Origin: Eledone cirrhosa | Taxonomy: Eukaryota | NCBI GenBank assembly: GCA_964016885.1 | Contig: OZ024742.1 | Span: 281,356,001 to 281,420,000, forward strand | DNA: 64,000 nt | Direction: 5' to 3' | Shown here: one piece after another, positions 27,780 through 41,271 of the stretch | Layout of the letters: each line of letters opens with the position of its first letter | How positions within the stretch are numbered: the stretch's first letter is position 1 | Made by a program: the position numbers and the translations under genes | The notes under the pieces: generated by a model | Seen by the model: only the letters and a program-made list of their open reading frames with translations | Told to the model about the DNA's origin: nothing | The model's database searches: none

Positions 27780-28106
27780 ATATTAGAAGAAAAACCGAGG
27801 AAGTTTCGTTTACAAGTATATGATATTTATTGAGTATCGAACTCTTCCGCGCGTTTCGCTGAAGATTGGCTCAACGTCCCCCATAGGGGTTATGGACCCG
27901 ACTCCACTGTCAATCTGCTCTTCAGACTGGCGATGTCACAAGAAATATATTATTTTATCACATCTGAAGAGCAGATAAATTGTGGAGTCGGATCCATAAC
28001 TCCTATGGGTGACCTTGAGCCAATCATCAGCAAAACACGCGTAACAGTCGATACACAATAAATATCATATACACGTAAACGAAACTTCCTCGTTTTCTTC
28101 TAATAT
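27780..28106. mobile_element. Fold-back element with hammerhead motif on both arms
   Basis: Arms 27780-27925 and 27963-28106; CTGAAGA at 27964(+) and 27925(-); consensus 3' half GAAAC-GCGC-GTA. Confidence 0.8.
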
Positions 28107-28151
28107 TATATATATACAATATTATATATATATATATATATACAGTATTAT

Positions 28152-28252
<101 letters not shown>

Positions 28253-28254
28253 AT

Positions 28255-28288
<34 letters not shown>

Positions 28289-28307
28289 CGTGTATATATA
28301 TATATAT

Positions 28308-28992
28308 AATACATTATAAAGAAAGAAGAAATATTAGATATAATAAGATATACCATACACAAATTCCTTCGTTACTCCTCGACTACGTAGTTTCGTGGCA
28401 TATTATGCGAAAACACTACATCACAGAGATATAGAATTTTTGTGAGGTCTACCAACTTATCAAGAGGATACCTCATTTAGAGTTTCAAACACATCCGTAG
28501 GACGCGAGATAGAATCCCGAAAGGCGGAGGAGGAGTCAATCACGTGATACAGCAGTCAAGAAACAGAGCTAAGCCTCTTACAACCAAAATAAAATACCAC
28601 AGAGGCGGCGGGGGTACTTATATCAAAGCCGTAGAAGAGATGGCTAGGATGGCGAGAAGTATGAGCAATGATAGCTTTCCAGCAGCAACTACACTTCAAT
28701 GGTTACTCTACAATAGGGAATAATAAACAATATAAAGAAATACACAGATACATGCGGACACATACATATGCATGAATATATATCCACATATATCCCTGAA
28801 TTTGTGGTGCCAACCTCACCGTTGTTGCTCTATGAATAACTGGGACAAAATAATCCGAATGGATTAGATTGATTCAGTATCAGAGCTATATAATACATTA
28901 TAAAGAAAGAAGAAACATTAGATATAATAAGATATACCATAACCAAATTCCTAATAAAGGAATTTGGGTATGGTATATCTTCTTATATATAC
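28308..28992 (-). mobile_element. pLTR-like unit with terminal direct repeat, short inverted end and degenerate hammerhead
   Basis: ~60 bp repeat at 28310 and 28895, inverted copy at ~28957-28990; minus-strand GAAAC-TACGTA-GTC at 28381-28394. Confidence 0.7.
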
Positions 28993-29060
<68 letters not shown>

Positions 29061-29099
29061 GAGGAAGTTATAGTTCACTTGAAGCATTGTGTAATGAGG

Positions 29100-29404
29100 T
29101 AAAAACGTTTGAATTTGTAAAGCCAAACAATGCAGGTATGGACATAGAATAGAACATGCAAATGCAAAAGATGTGTTCTAAAAACCAGTGTTCTAAATAG
29201 CTTGCCAAGTCATGCATGACTTGGCAAGCTATTTAGAACATTGGTTTAACCGCTTTACTTCCCTCCGAAGAAGAGATATTATCTCCAAAATTAAGGACAT
29301 TTAAATAAATGTAAGGTAAAAGACTAATTGTCAAGAATATCTTTTGCATTTGTATTTTTTATTCTATGTCCATACCTGCATTGTTTGGCTTTACAAATTC
29401 AAAC

Positions 29405-29410
<6 letters not shown>
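29100..29410. mobile_element. Fold-back element in (TA)n with nested palindrome
   Basis: 29102-29172 is inverted at 29337-29408; internal near-perfect palindrome at 29182-29247. Confidence 0.8.
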
Positions 29411-29446
<36 letters not shown>

Positions 29447-29454
29447 ATATATAC

Positions 29455-29499
<45 letters not shown>

Positions 29500-30014
29500 C
29501 GACTCACTATCATGTAGTAACCATAGTTGTACATTTTTTCTTAGCTTTTGAAATGCATTGCCGCCTTCTCATGGTATGATACGATGACAAATACGATGAC
29601 AAATTGGTGTTAGAAAGATATGATTCTACTGCAGACTTATCGCAACGATTCGATTGCTTTGCTGAGTCTGTCTGTGTCTTAGCCAGTGGTACGAGGAGAT
29701 CTATCAATTATGCTTCACGGCTATATAACGTCATTTAGCAATACCGACCTTCACCCGGGCTGTGTAGCAGTCTTCAAAAAGGTATCACCCTGTCCTCGTC
29801 TTAATATTACCTTCCTCGTCGTCGGTGTCGTCGTCGTTGTTGTTGTTGTTATTTTTGTTGTTGCAGTTTTAGATGTTGACACATTTATTGCTAGGTCTTA
29901 TTTTGTTTCTTTATTCTCTACCTTTCTACTTTTTTTTTGTATTTTTAATTTTATTTTCAATTTTATATATTTATCTGAATTTTATACTTTACCCTTATAT
30001 CTATTCATACCCAT

Positions 30015-30145
30015 ATATCCATCCATATATCTATCCATATAATCTATCCAAATATCTATTCATATAGCTATCCATATATCTATCCAAATATCTATCCATA
30101 TATCTATCCATATATCTATCCATATATCTATCCATATATCTATAC
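30015..30145. repeat. 12 bp tandem repeat (tatccatatatc)n
   Basis: Direct observation. Confidence 0.85.
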
Positions 30146-30237
30146 ATCGCCCACCACCCACCCCCAAAATAAGTGTACATAAAGGGATCATTTGACTTCT
30201 TTTACCACTTTGAATGTGTTAAGCGCCTAACACATAG

Positions 30238-30297
30238 CTGATGAGATTTCGGCCATTATGATCGAACCCAGAGCTGAGCGATATCGAAACAATTGTC
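30238..30297 (+). ncRNA. Hammerhead ribozyme motif (core intact, stem I poor)
   Basis: CTGATGA-GATTTCG...CGATATC-GAAAC-AATT-GTC. Confidence 0.65.
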
Positions 30298-30478
30298 AGA
30301 AGCGATAAACTTCATATATTCTACAGCTTTGAAATTATTCCTATTTAATAGTTTTTACCGGAGTAGACTGAAGTATGAATCCTACATCAGACGGAACCTC
30401 GTAAGATCATTAAGTGATTTAACTGACGAACCACCTGTAACTCTAGTTACACACATATCTACTTCGTACATATATATA

Positions 30479-30530
<52 letters not shown>

Positions 30531-30691
30531 CATATCTATATATATATATATATCTATATATATATATATATGCATATAGACATACATATATACACACACA
30601 CAAACACACGTGTGTATATATATATCTATATATCTATATATATATATATATATGCATATAGACATACATATATACACACACACAAACACAC

Positions 30692-30784
<93 letters not shown>

Positions 30785-30793
30785 TATAGATAG

Positions 30794-30824
<31 letters not shown>

Positions 30825-31345
30825 TGTATCTGTATACACACGTGGACATTTTGTTTATATAAGCGGGAATTGATATAACATCACAGTATTGAATAGTGGT
30901 TTTTATCATCTATTCGACTACACCGGATATTCATTTTAGTATAAACATACAATTATCTGTATCATATCGCTCTAGATGTTTGCCTTATCGCTTCAAAAAT
31001 CAGTTGGGTTTCGTCATTATAGGTTTTTTCTATTTTGTTCTTAGATATATTGTATAGTATCACTTAGAATATGTATTTCGTCTTTCAGTCAATAGATAAT
31101 CATTTCGAAATTCGTATTAGGTTTCCTATAATTTATAATTCTTTTGTAAGCTAGTGTTGGGGTTGGGGTTGGTGGTAAATAAAACACACTCGTCTCTGTT
31201 GATGATTTGGGATATTAGCATTCTCGGAAATGCGTTTAGTGCTTAATTCTATTCCTATGAAAATTGGATTTGTTTAATCATTACATATATGTAAACGTAT
31301 GTCTCTCTCTATATATGTATGTGTGTGTGTCTGTCTGCGTGTGTG

Positions 31346-31401
<56 letters not shown>

Positions 31402-31495
31402 TTATATATTATAGTTAAAACGGAAAACAAAAACAATAACGAAGAGTGCAGTACACAGTGTTAGTACTAGCTTCACGTTTGAGAGTTTTGGGGGG

Positions 31496-31566
<71 letters not shown>

Positions 31567-32384
31567 CTGTATATATATATACATATATATTATTTTATTA
31601 TTTTATTATTTAATGGACTACGACCATGCTGTGACGCCGCTTTGATTTAGTCGATCATACCGACCCCAGTTCATGTTCTGTCAAGGCAACTTAAGATTCT
31701 CTCTGAACCATTAACCGAATTAGCCACTCCGAGAAATTTGTATAAAGGGTTCTGCTGAACGGACTACAAGGCGGAAGAAATATTTGCAGTAGGATACACA
31801 GATTATAAGTAAAAAATGGGTAGAGTATGGTAGATAATTAACCACAGACTGCTAATTGTATAACATTTTCAGCACCACTCAATCATAACTTCAACTTCAA
31901 AAAAGCTTTGATTGTTTTTGTTGCGAGGTTTTATTGTTGGTGATGAAGTATAGCCCCTTCGACAGCAATGCCAAGGACAATAACTTTTCGAAGCAGTATG
32001 GTTCTCCAGAATAACACTATTGGGTCTTCTATAAAGCAGTAGGTGTTCAGTAAGTATGTCTATTCTCATTAGTTCTTTTCAGCATTTTCCTGGAGAACAT
32101 CAGATTTTCACACCTCCATTTCCATTGGATGAAGGTCCCTTTCCAACCTGCGCTTGGCCGATGATGGTAACATGTTGGAAAGCAGCGAAACAAAACACTA
32201 GGAGCTAATAATAAACTGAGTGCCGGAAGTTCATACGGGAGAAATCAGCTTATAAAAAGGAGCGATTCAGATTAATAGTCATAAGCAGAATGTAGCAACT
32301 TCAAGTATCTCGAATCCACTTTAATCAATGAGGGAAGCTCATTAAATGAGGTAATGGCATTAGTCGGCTTCCAACTAGTATATA

Positions 32385-32484
<100 letters not shown>

Positions 32485-32510
32485 CATTATGCTTAAACTT
32501 TAATCTGTTA

Positions 32511-32581
<71 letters not shown>

Positions 32582-32587
<6 letters not shown>

Positions 32588-32895
32588 AAGAAAGATGAAA
32601 TCGAAAATGCAACTGGTGTCTTTTTTCTTTTTTAATTATACACTTATTTGTTTCGTTTACTGGTTTCGCAGTTCTTCTGCTTTTCAAAAGTCGAATTGAG
32701 ATGTGAGAAAAACCACAAACCCTCCATATCAATTCTACTTTCGAAACCGGTAAAGGAACCAAATAAATATATATATATATTTTTTAAAAGACTCCAGTTG
32801 CATTTTCGATTTCATCTTTTCTCCTTATACTTTCACTCGTATAGGACACCTCGGTTTTTTTTCATTTTGTAAAAAATCCTCACTTTCTACTAATA
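32582..32895. mobile_element. Fold-back element in (TA)n; family also at 38045-38190, ~44165-44195 and 56338-56470
   Basis: aagatgaaatcgaaaatgcaactgg...ccagttgcattttcgatttcatctt inverted arms; minus-strand TTGAAAA-gcag-aagaa-ctgc-GAAA-cc(g/a)g-TA. Confidence 0.8.
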
Positions 32896-32949
32896 TATAT
32901 ATATATTTATATATATGTGTGTGTATGTGTGTGTGTGTGTGAGGGGGGG

Positions 32950-33037
<88 letters not shown>

Positions 33038-33733
33038 CATATACATAAATTGTATTTTTTTAGAATGTTTCCTTCTTAATTCCTCTGCCACATATCTAGC
33101 AACACAAATCAATAATATTTTCAACGGAATTTTATAAGTGAAAGTGATAATGAATGGGAAACGGAGCAGGCAGTCACATGGAAACGGATTTCTTAATGGC
33201 AAATGTGTTTAGAAAATGTGTTCACCAAATTTGTTCATTAAATGTGTTTAGTAAATGAAATATAACATTTGAAGGGTAAAGGGATTGAAAAGATAGATGT
33301 AGTGGATTGCAGAAAGAAAAGAGGGGTCCCAGAGGATAGGGATGGGGAGATGTAAGGGGGCGGTAAAAAGAAGAGTGTAAAGATGGATTGGAAATGGTGG
33401 CGAAAATATTAGGTGTTGTATTTGTTTGTGTGGTTAGATGTCGGGTAAGAGAGAAATTGATCACTGGTGGTGATTCTGACCTAACGAATGTCTCATCAAT
33501 CCAGCTGTTGTTGCTGCTGATGATGATGATCATGTTGATGACAGAAATTGCGACTATTACTGTTTGCAACTTTGTATTCGTCGATATCTTTTTAGTGACT
33601 TTGATTCCCTTTTACTTTTTTCTAATTGGACATATTTGTAAAGGTTCTTTCATTTTTACAGTGTAGAACAGTCTCCGACCAGACAGGAACTTAAAATAAC
33701 ATATTATAGTGTAAGTGGTTATAGGGTGGTGTA

Positions 33734-34040
33734 TTGGCAGAGTCGTAAAAGCGTCGAACAAATGCTTAGCATTATATGTTTTGGTTTGTTACGTTGAGTT
33801 CAAATCCCACCTTTAAAATATTTACATTTCATGCTTCCGAAATCGATAAAATACAGTAGATATTATTACTATTTTCTGCAAAGTTAACCTCGGCGGGATT
33901 TGAACTCAGATCAGTTACGGCCCTTTATGATCTGAGTTCAAATCCGGTTGAGCTTAACATTGCCTTTCAATAAAATAAAGTACCAGGAATACACTGGGGT
34001 AATTACTGGCCTTGTGCCAAAAGAAGAAACAATTATTACT
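33734..34040 (+). mobile_element. Cluster of family A SINE pieces, including a short inverted piece at 33881-33912
   Basis: Match to the family A body and tail. Confidence 0.7.
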
Positions 34041-35373
34041 AGTTTCGAAATAATCGACATGCCTTCCTCAAAATTAAACATTATTACAGTGTATTTGGCT
34101 GAATATTCCACAGACACAGGCACCTTTAACGTAATCCTCAGGTAGAATCAATGCAACACTGTATGACAAGGCTGCTATAGAGATAATCCATTTGACAAGT
34201 TTCAACACAGTTTCCGCCCATTCAATTTCACTAATGTTCTTTGCTTCCGGGCGTATAAGTAAGTAAATAAGTTAGTAGGTATGTGTGTGAGAGAGAGAGG
34301 GTGGAGCAAGATGCGGTGACAGGAAGAGAAGAGAGGAAAAGTCGTCATTTTTACGCCTTTTCTTCGATGTTTTCATGTGTTGGAAGAAAATCTGACCTTA
34401 TCCTGGATTAAGAGAATTTTGAGGGGCTAGGAGTTCAAGACCTGGATATAGATGATAAGCCGGTTGGTCACATGGCTAATTATCGCTGAATGAATTAGAA
34501 CAGCGTAAAAAAAATACCTTCTTCAAAGAAACAAGGCACCGCTGGAACTGAGCATTGAACCTACAACATAATGATCATCAGACCATCACCCTCAGCATTA
34601 GAACACATGCATTCACATACGTGGGTAACAGCCAATACCAAACATATTTAAATTCGGAAGAAAATGCTAAGAATCTCAACTCCAATACCATACTACTCTC
34701 AAAAGAATATAATTCTATTCGGTAGGAAATATAGCAGAATCGTTACTGTATCAGATATTGTGGTATTTCTTCCACCCTTGTCTTTAAATTTTAAGTTCAA
34801 TTACTAATGAGGAGGTCAATTTGTGTTACATTCTTCAGGGGTCGATGAAATAGAGTACCAGCCCATTCAAATACTAGGGTCGATTTAATCGATTGTTCCC
34901 TCTCCAACAAATATCTGGAAATGAGTATATGGTAGAAATCAATATGAAAGACAGTTCTCAAAGTATGTTATTCGCATAAAAGTCAAGATCAAATTTATTT
35001 CCGTCATCCTGCACCCTTCTTAGATATATTTTCTTTCGGTTTATTTATTATTAGATGGAAGAGGGGAAGCTAAAGTGTTTTGGATTCTTCTTTTTTTTTA
35101 GGGATATACGTTAGAGCAGACAATATATAATAAGTCACATTGCCCAATTGTATTCCTCGTAGCAGAAATAATGGTCAAATGGAAGATAGTGTAAGGAAGA
35201 GGGGTAAAGAGAAAAAAGGATGTGATATAAAAGAGCATGTGATAGAGGTGGTGGTGATGAGGATAGTGGTGGTGGATGGTTACGGTGGAGCATAGAGTGG
35301 TATCATAAATAATTGATAAATAGAAATATGACACAGATGTGACAAACGTATGGAAGAGTGGAAGAGAAATCCA

Positions 35374-35530
35374 AAGAAGAAGAAGAAGAAGAAGAAGAAG
35401 AAGAAGAAGAAGAAGAAGAAGAAGAAGAAGAAGAAGAAGAAGAAGAAGAAGAAGAAGAAGAAGAAGAAGAAGAAGAAGAAGAAGAAGAAGAGAAGAAGAA
35501 GAAGAAGAAGAAGAAGAAGAAGAAGAAGAG
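35374..35530. repeat. (GAA)n microsatellite
   Basis: Direct observation. Confidence 0.95.
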
Positions 35531-35663
35531 CAACAGTAACAACAACAACAGCAGCAGCATCTACTACTACTACTACTATTACTATCTCAGCAAAGGAACA
35601 ATAATAACCGCACGACGAAGATTCAGAAGAAATCTGGTTAAAAAAAAAAGAAAGAGAGAGAGG

Positions 35664-35762
<99 letters not shown>

Positions 35763-36810
35763 CCAGGAAAATTAAAGACTGGACAGAGAGAAATGAAAAA
35801 AATATAAAAGAAACCGAACGAAAGAATGAATAAAAGAAAGAAGTGAAAGAGCGAGTGAGAAAACTAGAAAATGAGTAAGTCTGTGGTGATTAGAAATATA
35901 TCACGTGGTCGGAGGATAAAATAACAGGGAGTTGGTGATAGAGAGAGAGATAAAAGATTGTATGTGAATGAATATTAGGAGAAAATGAAATGTATGTGTT
36001 AACTATGAAAAGGAAGGAAGAATTTAATAAGAGAAACAAATTAGGAGTAAAAAAAGAGAGAGAGTGTAGGGGGGGGGGGGGGGTAAGGATGATAATAAAG
36101 TAAAGTTAAATGCGGAGAGCGACAGTATATCGAGAGAACTGAGGGATGGGAGAGTGAGAAAAAATATTACAATAGACATATATATACATATATATATATA
36201 TGTGTGTGTGTGTATATATATATGTGTGTGTGTATGTATGCATGTGTGTGTGAGTGTATGTGTAGAGAGGGACACAGAGAAAGAGGAAAAGAACATGAAA
36301 CAAAGAGAGGGTCAAGGAAAACGAATCGAAATTCCCGAAGAAAGATTCGTTTAAGGAAATAGAAAAGAAAGATGAAGACGAAAATAAACGAAAAATGAGA
36401 GTAGTTAAAGATGGCTATTAGAGATTGGGGGGGGGGGGCTGACAGTGGAATGAAAGAATGAAAAAGATAAGAAATTTAGGAAGACAGAAGGAAAGAGTGC
36501 AAGATTGTTCTTTTTGCCATTGACAAGTGAAGCGTTAGGCCACAGATAAGCAGGGAAGCTAAAGATTTTTCCCCTTAAAGAACGGAAGAAACAACTTTTA
36601 ATCTGATCCATGATATAAAAGAGAGAAGGAAGATAAACGAATAAAACCAAATAATAATAATAAATATAAAATAAATAAATAAGAAAAACAAAAAATATCA
36701 AATCTAAGATGGGCGATTAATATTTTGTAGCTTCCGCTTTATATTTCACGTATAACGTTATTAAAGGCAAGACTTGATCATTGTAATATGTGTATATACA
36801 TATATAAAAC

Positions 36811-36866
<56 letters not shown>

Positions 36867-36872
36867 GTTTTA

Positions 36873-36930
<58 letters not shown>

Positions 36931-37094
36931 GAGAAGAAAGAAGAATACTGCGTATATATATATAATATATAATATATAACATATATACATAATATATATA
37001 TATATGGGGGGGGGGGGTATATGTACGTGTGTATAAGAGAGAGGGAATGAGGGAAATCTCACTAAGTATTGTATAACACATACAATACAACATA

Positions 37095-37340
37095 TTGGCG
37101 GTGAATTGAAGTCGCTAGAGCGTATGACAAAATGCTTTGAGGTATTTTTTCCGATTCTCTGCGCCCTTAGATCAAATTCCTCAGAGGTCAACTTTGCTAT
37201 TCATCCTTGCAAGGTCTATGAAATAAAGTAACAATTCAAGACGGTGGAATAGCGAATTTGTTCAGGTGTCGGAAGTGTTGCCGCCGAGGTCCACTTTTGC
37301 TTTCTTCCTTTTGGGATCGATAAAATTGAGTACCATCTTC
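37095..37340 (+). mobile_element. Diverged family A SINE pieces
   Basis: tggcggtgaattg head, atcaaattcc..gaggtcaactttgc..ttcatcctt body. Confidence 0.65.
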
Positions 37341-37938
37341 AGAATTAGCAGGATTGAGAAAATGTCGGACGAGTTGCTTTGCAATGCTTGTTCTGGATCT
37401 TTTATTTTGAGTTCCTATATCTTGACCTACTTAGATTTGTATATGCATACAAAATTAGGCACATATCTTAAATACCTATAACAGTATACGTATCAATACA
37501 CATTTCTACAAACATGTACATACGCAACCTACGCTCAGACACTAAAAAACGTGCATAAACATTTACACACTCAAACTGGTGAGAACGTACAGGAAAACTA
37601 ACACACACTCACAGAGACCCCGGTAAACTTATTATAGCAATAGCGGTGACAACACAGATTATAGTAAGGAGATAGGAGCACTAGATAAAGCTATCTAAAG
37701 AGATCTGTCTATATTTGGGTATGTGACAAGTTTATCTATTGTAGACTGACTGGCTGTACGCTCCATATTTATTGCAAAAGAAACAAAACGTAGCTTTGGG
37801 TTAAAAGTCTTGTCAAAAGAACTAGTGCTGTGAAAACCACAGTCAGCTTATCGAATAGGCTGCGAGAAAGAACTACGACCTCTCAAATGTGTAGTAGTTA
37901 GTATCTGCTTTACGCATAGGGCCACATGATGAGAATAT

Positions 37939-37991
<53 letters not shown>

Positions 37992-38227
37992 GTGTGTGTG
38001 TGTATATATATGTGTGTCTATGTATATATATATATATATATATAAAGACAAAAAGATGAAATCGGAAATACAACTGGGGTGTTATTTTTTTAAATATATA
38101 TATATTTATTTGGTTCCTTTACCGGTTTCGCAGTTCTTCTGCTTTTCAAAAGTAGAGTTGAGATAGAAGGTCTGTGTTTTTTCTCACTCATATATATATA
38201 TATAGAGAGAGAGCGAGAGAGAGAGTG

Positions 38228-39612
38228 GGTAATAGGAAAGAGTTTAACCCTGATGGCAGAGCTCAAGCCGTTTCGACGGATCTGTTTAATACACGTGCGA
38301 TGTATGCGGTTAGTGGTGTTTTGGAAGGCTGGTGTACGTAGGCTTACTGGTAAGCGGATGTTCTTGATGGTGTTGGTAATGACATCGTTTTTTAGGCAGC
38401 GTTTCAGGAAAATAATTTGGCAGCCAGCGTTGGCCCATTTCTCCGACAGTCTAAACAGTTCCCTTACGGATGCAAACAATGACATCCACCAACTCCTATC
38501 CATCGTCGTCGACAACACCTACTTCGGATTCCTTGACCAAATATACCAACAAACCTCGGGAGTGCCCATGGGATCAAGCCTATCAGGTGTGCTAGCGATC
38601 TCTTACATGGACAACCTTGAACGCAAGGCACTCAACCCCTGCCACCCCAACGCCGTAGCCTTTTTCTCAAGGTACGTGGACGATATCCTCATCCTCACAT
38701 CTTCCCAAGACACGGCGAACAGAATCTATGAGACGTTCAACAACACGGACGAGAACATTGACTTCAGTGTTGAACACCCCAACAAAGACGGGTCACTTGC
38801 CCTCCTCGACTTCCGAATCAACATCACGGAACAGGGAAGGATCCACTGCAACTTCTACCGAAAGGCAGCCTGCAGGGACCTATTCGTTCACTACAAGTCC
38901 GCCCTCCCTAACAGTGCCAAAAGAGGATGCATCAGGAACGAGATCGCGCGAATCAAAAACAGATGCAGCGATCCCGCGAGTGGTGCCTCTCATACCAACC
39001 GATTCCTCGAGGTGCTGGAGACGAACGGGTACCCTACCTCGATCACAGACAGAATAGGAGACACCAGACGCAAGAGACAGAGAAGCATCCAAGGCAAGTG
39101 CTTCCTTAAAATGCCTCACCTGGGCGAGAAAACCACCAACGCTATCCGCAAGGCTATACGGAGGGAGGGCCTCGACATCCACCTGGCCCACTCGGGCCCC
39201 TCCCTGCGAAGATGCCTCTCCAGGAAACCCGAAAAATATACTGACGCATGCTCCCTCAGAGACTGCCCGATACGCCATGCTAACTGTTGCCTACGCTCAT
39301 ACGTCGTGTATATGATAGAATGTGACAGGTGCAACCAATACTACATAGGTAGCACAATTCGACCTTTGCACATCCGGATCAAGGAACACATTAAAACCAG
39401 GGCCTCGTCTTTCCGGAAACACATAGACAAATGCGGAAACAAAGACGGAAGGCCCATTGTCACAATTCTAGCGACTGAAAGAAACGTCGGCACGTTACGT
39501 ATCAAGGAAGCGCTTTTTATCAAACGACTGCAACCGCAAATAAACAACCGATCAGAGAGAAGCGAAATGAGATGGCTGGTTTAAGTTAACAAGCGATGCA
39601 ACAACACACAAC

Positions 39613-39644
<32 letters not shown>

Positions 39645-40275
39645 GCAAACGAGACAACTACACACACACGCGCACACACACACAGTAGCATTCCACCATA
39701 CGAACATACTACACTGCCAATACAGAGGAACAAGGCAACTACACACGCACACACACACACACACTCAAGCGAGACAACAACACACGCACACACACACACA
39801 ATAACATTTAACAAACAGGCAGAGAATGGACTGGCAGCTAGCGCCATCCCACTCCCTCATTCGGCCGCTGACCTCTGTACGACCGACCCCATTTCACGCG
39901 CACGCGCGCCCTGCCGAATACCTCAGATATTCAAAACAACAAACAGCGAAGGACGCGTTCCGGACTTGTCCGACAGACAACCTATTCCCCCACCCCGGAA
40001 AAAACCCCAGTTGATGGATGTGAATCCGAAATATATAGGGACTATTAAATCTCTCCCAAGGTAACTCTCTCTTGTGTTGTTATATTTATTTTATCCTTTA
40101 TACTCTTCCCTTCATTCTACACATTTCACACATCTTATACACACCACGCATCTCAACGTACACCCACTTACATCTCTCTCTCCACCACCTTGTTACCCGG
40201 AGATTTACCCATTTGCATTGTCGAGGCTTCCAAACGACTTAAAGATATTTACTTATTGTTCCACAATGATTCAAG
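38228..40275 (+). mobile_element. Penelope-like retroelement, 5'-truncated with inverted 5' segment
   Basis: RT + GIY-YIG ORF, (CA)n-rich 3' UTR and a pLTR-like region ending in (TA)n; inverted N-terminal fragment at 38280-38480. Confidence 0.9.
38480..39584 (+). CDS. PLE reverse transcriptase (motifs B-C, thumb) plus GIY-YIG endonuclease, open but lacking its N-terminus
   Basis: YQQTSGVPMGSSLS, FSRYVDDILI, LALLDFRI..FYRK, NGYP, CSLRDCPI..C, VVYMIECDRCNQYYIGSTIRPLHIRIKEH, EALFIKRLQPQINN. Confidence 0.92.
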
Positions 40276-40291
40276 CAAACTTCAATACTCT

Positions 40292-40355
<64 letters not shown>

Positions 40356-40358
<3 letters not shown>

Positions 40359-40811
40359 GATATTAAATAAATGGAAACTATATTTATAAAACCATATTTA
40401 TTTCATTATATATATTTCAGGGATATCATATTAGCAATATGTTATGCCTTCCTCAGACAAAATACAATATAGACAGTTTTATAGATAAATAGATTTGACA
40501 TACCGTTCAACATTGACTTGTATTTGAAAAAGTTGATTTGGCAGAATCAACTTTTTCAAATACAAGTCGATGTTGAACGGTATGTCAAATCTATTTATCT
40601 ATAAAACTGTCTATATTGTATTTTGTCTGAGGAAGGCATAACATATTGCTAATATGATATCCCTGAAATATATATAATGAAATAAATATGGTTTTATAAA
40701 TATAGTTTCCATTTATTTAATATCGTAAATATACTCCAAATACTTGTTGAGTGCTTTTATATCAGTTATAAATATTTACTAGTTGTAACCCAACAATTTA
40801 AATATAACTTT

Positions 40812-40815
<4 letters not shown>
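40356..40815. mobile_element. Near-perfect ~370 bp fold-back element with hammerhead on each arm, plus unpaired tail
   Basis: Arms 40356-40541 and 40548-40727; CTGAGGA (40627)...GAAA (40665)-TATATATA. Confidence 0.88.
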
Positions 40816-40871
<56 letters not shown>

Positions 40872-41195
40872 ATATATATACATGCATATGTCCAACCCCA
40901 CTAATGTTTGGGTCCCTAAAGTATATATATATACTTTCGGGTCTGAAATAATTCTGGGTTTGGACATTTGGAACTAGGTGTTGAAACGGCAAGAGCTCAG
41001 CCCTCGAGGTCCCAACTCTTTCATATATATATATAATAGTAAATGTATAGGATCTACCTCGAGTTCGTCGGATACGGCTAGTTACCTTTTATGGCGATCC
41101 TCTACTTTTACTAATATAACCACTCTGCATCATACCATATATCCAGTACTTCTCTAATTTGTAGTCTTCCTGGTCTCAATACCACAGGCTACCTA

Positions 41196-41267
<72 letters not shown>

Positions 41268-41271
<4 letters not shown>

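Noticed and set aside
31860-32215. Possible PLE tail (HNFNFKKA-like peptide, CCGATGA...GAAAC)
   Set aside because: Too degraded to support; stems do not pair
35303-35807. Poly-E/K/R ORFs
   Set aside because: (GAA)n and (GA)n microsatellites
38253-39584. 443-aa ORF as a complete active RT or domesticated gene
   Set aside because: Lacks RT motif A and upstream motifs; its N-terminus comes from an inverted segment
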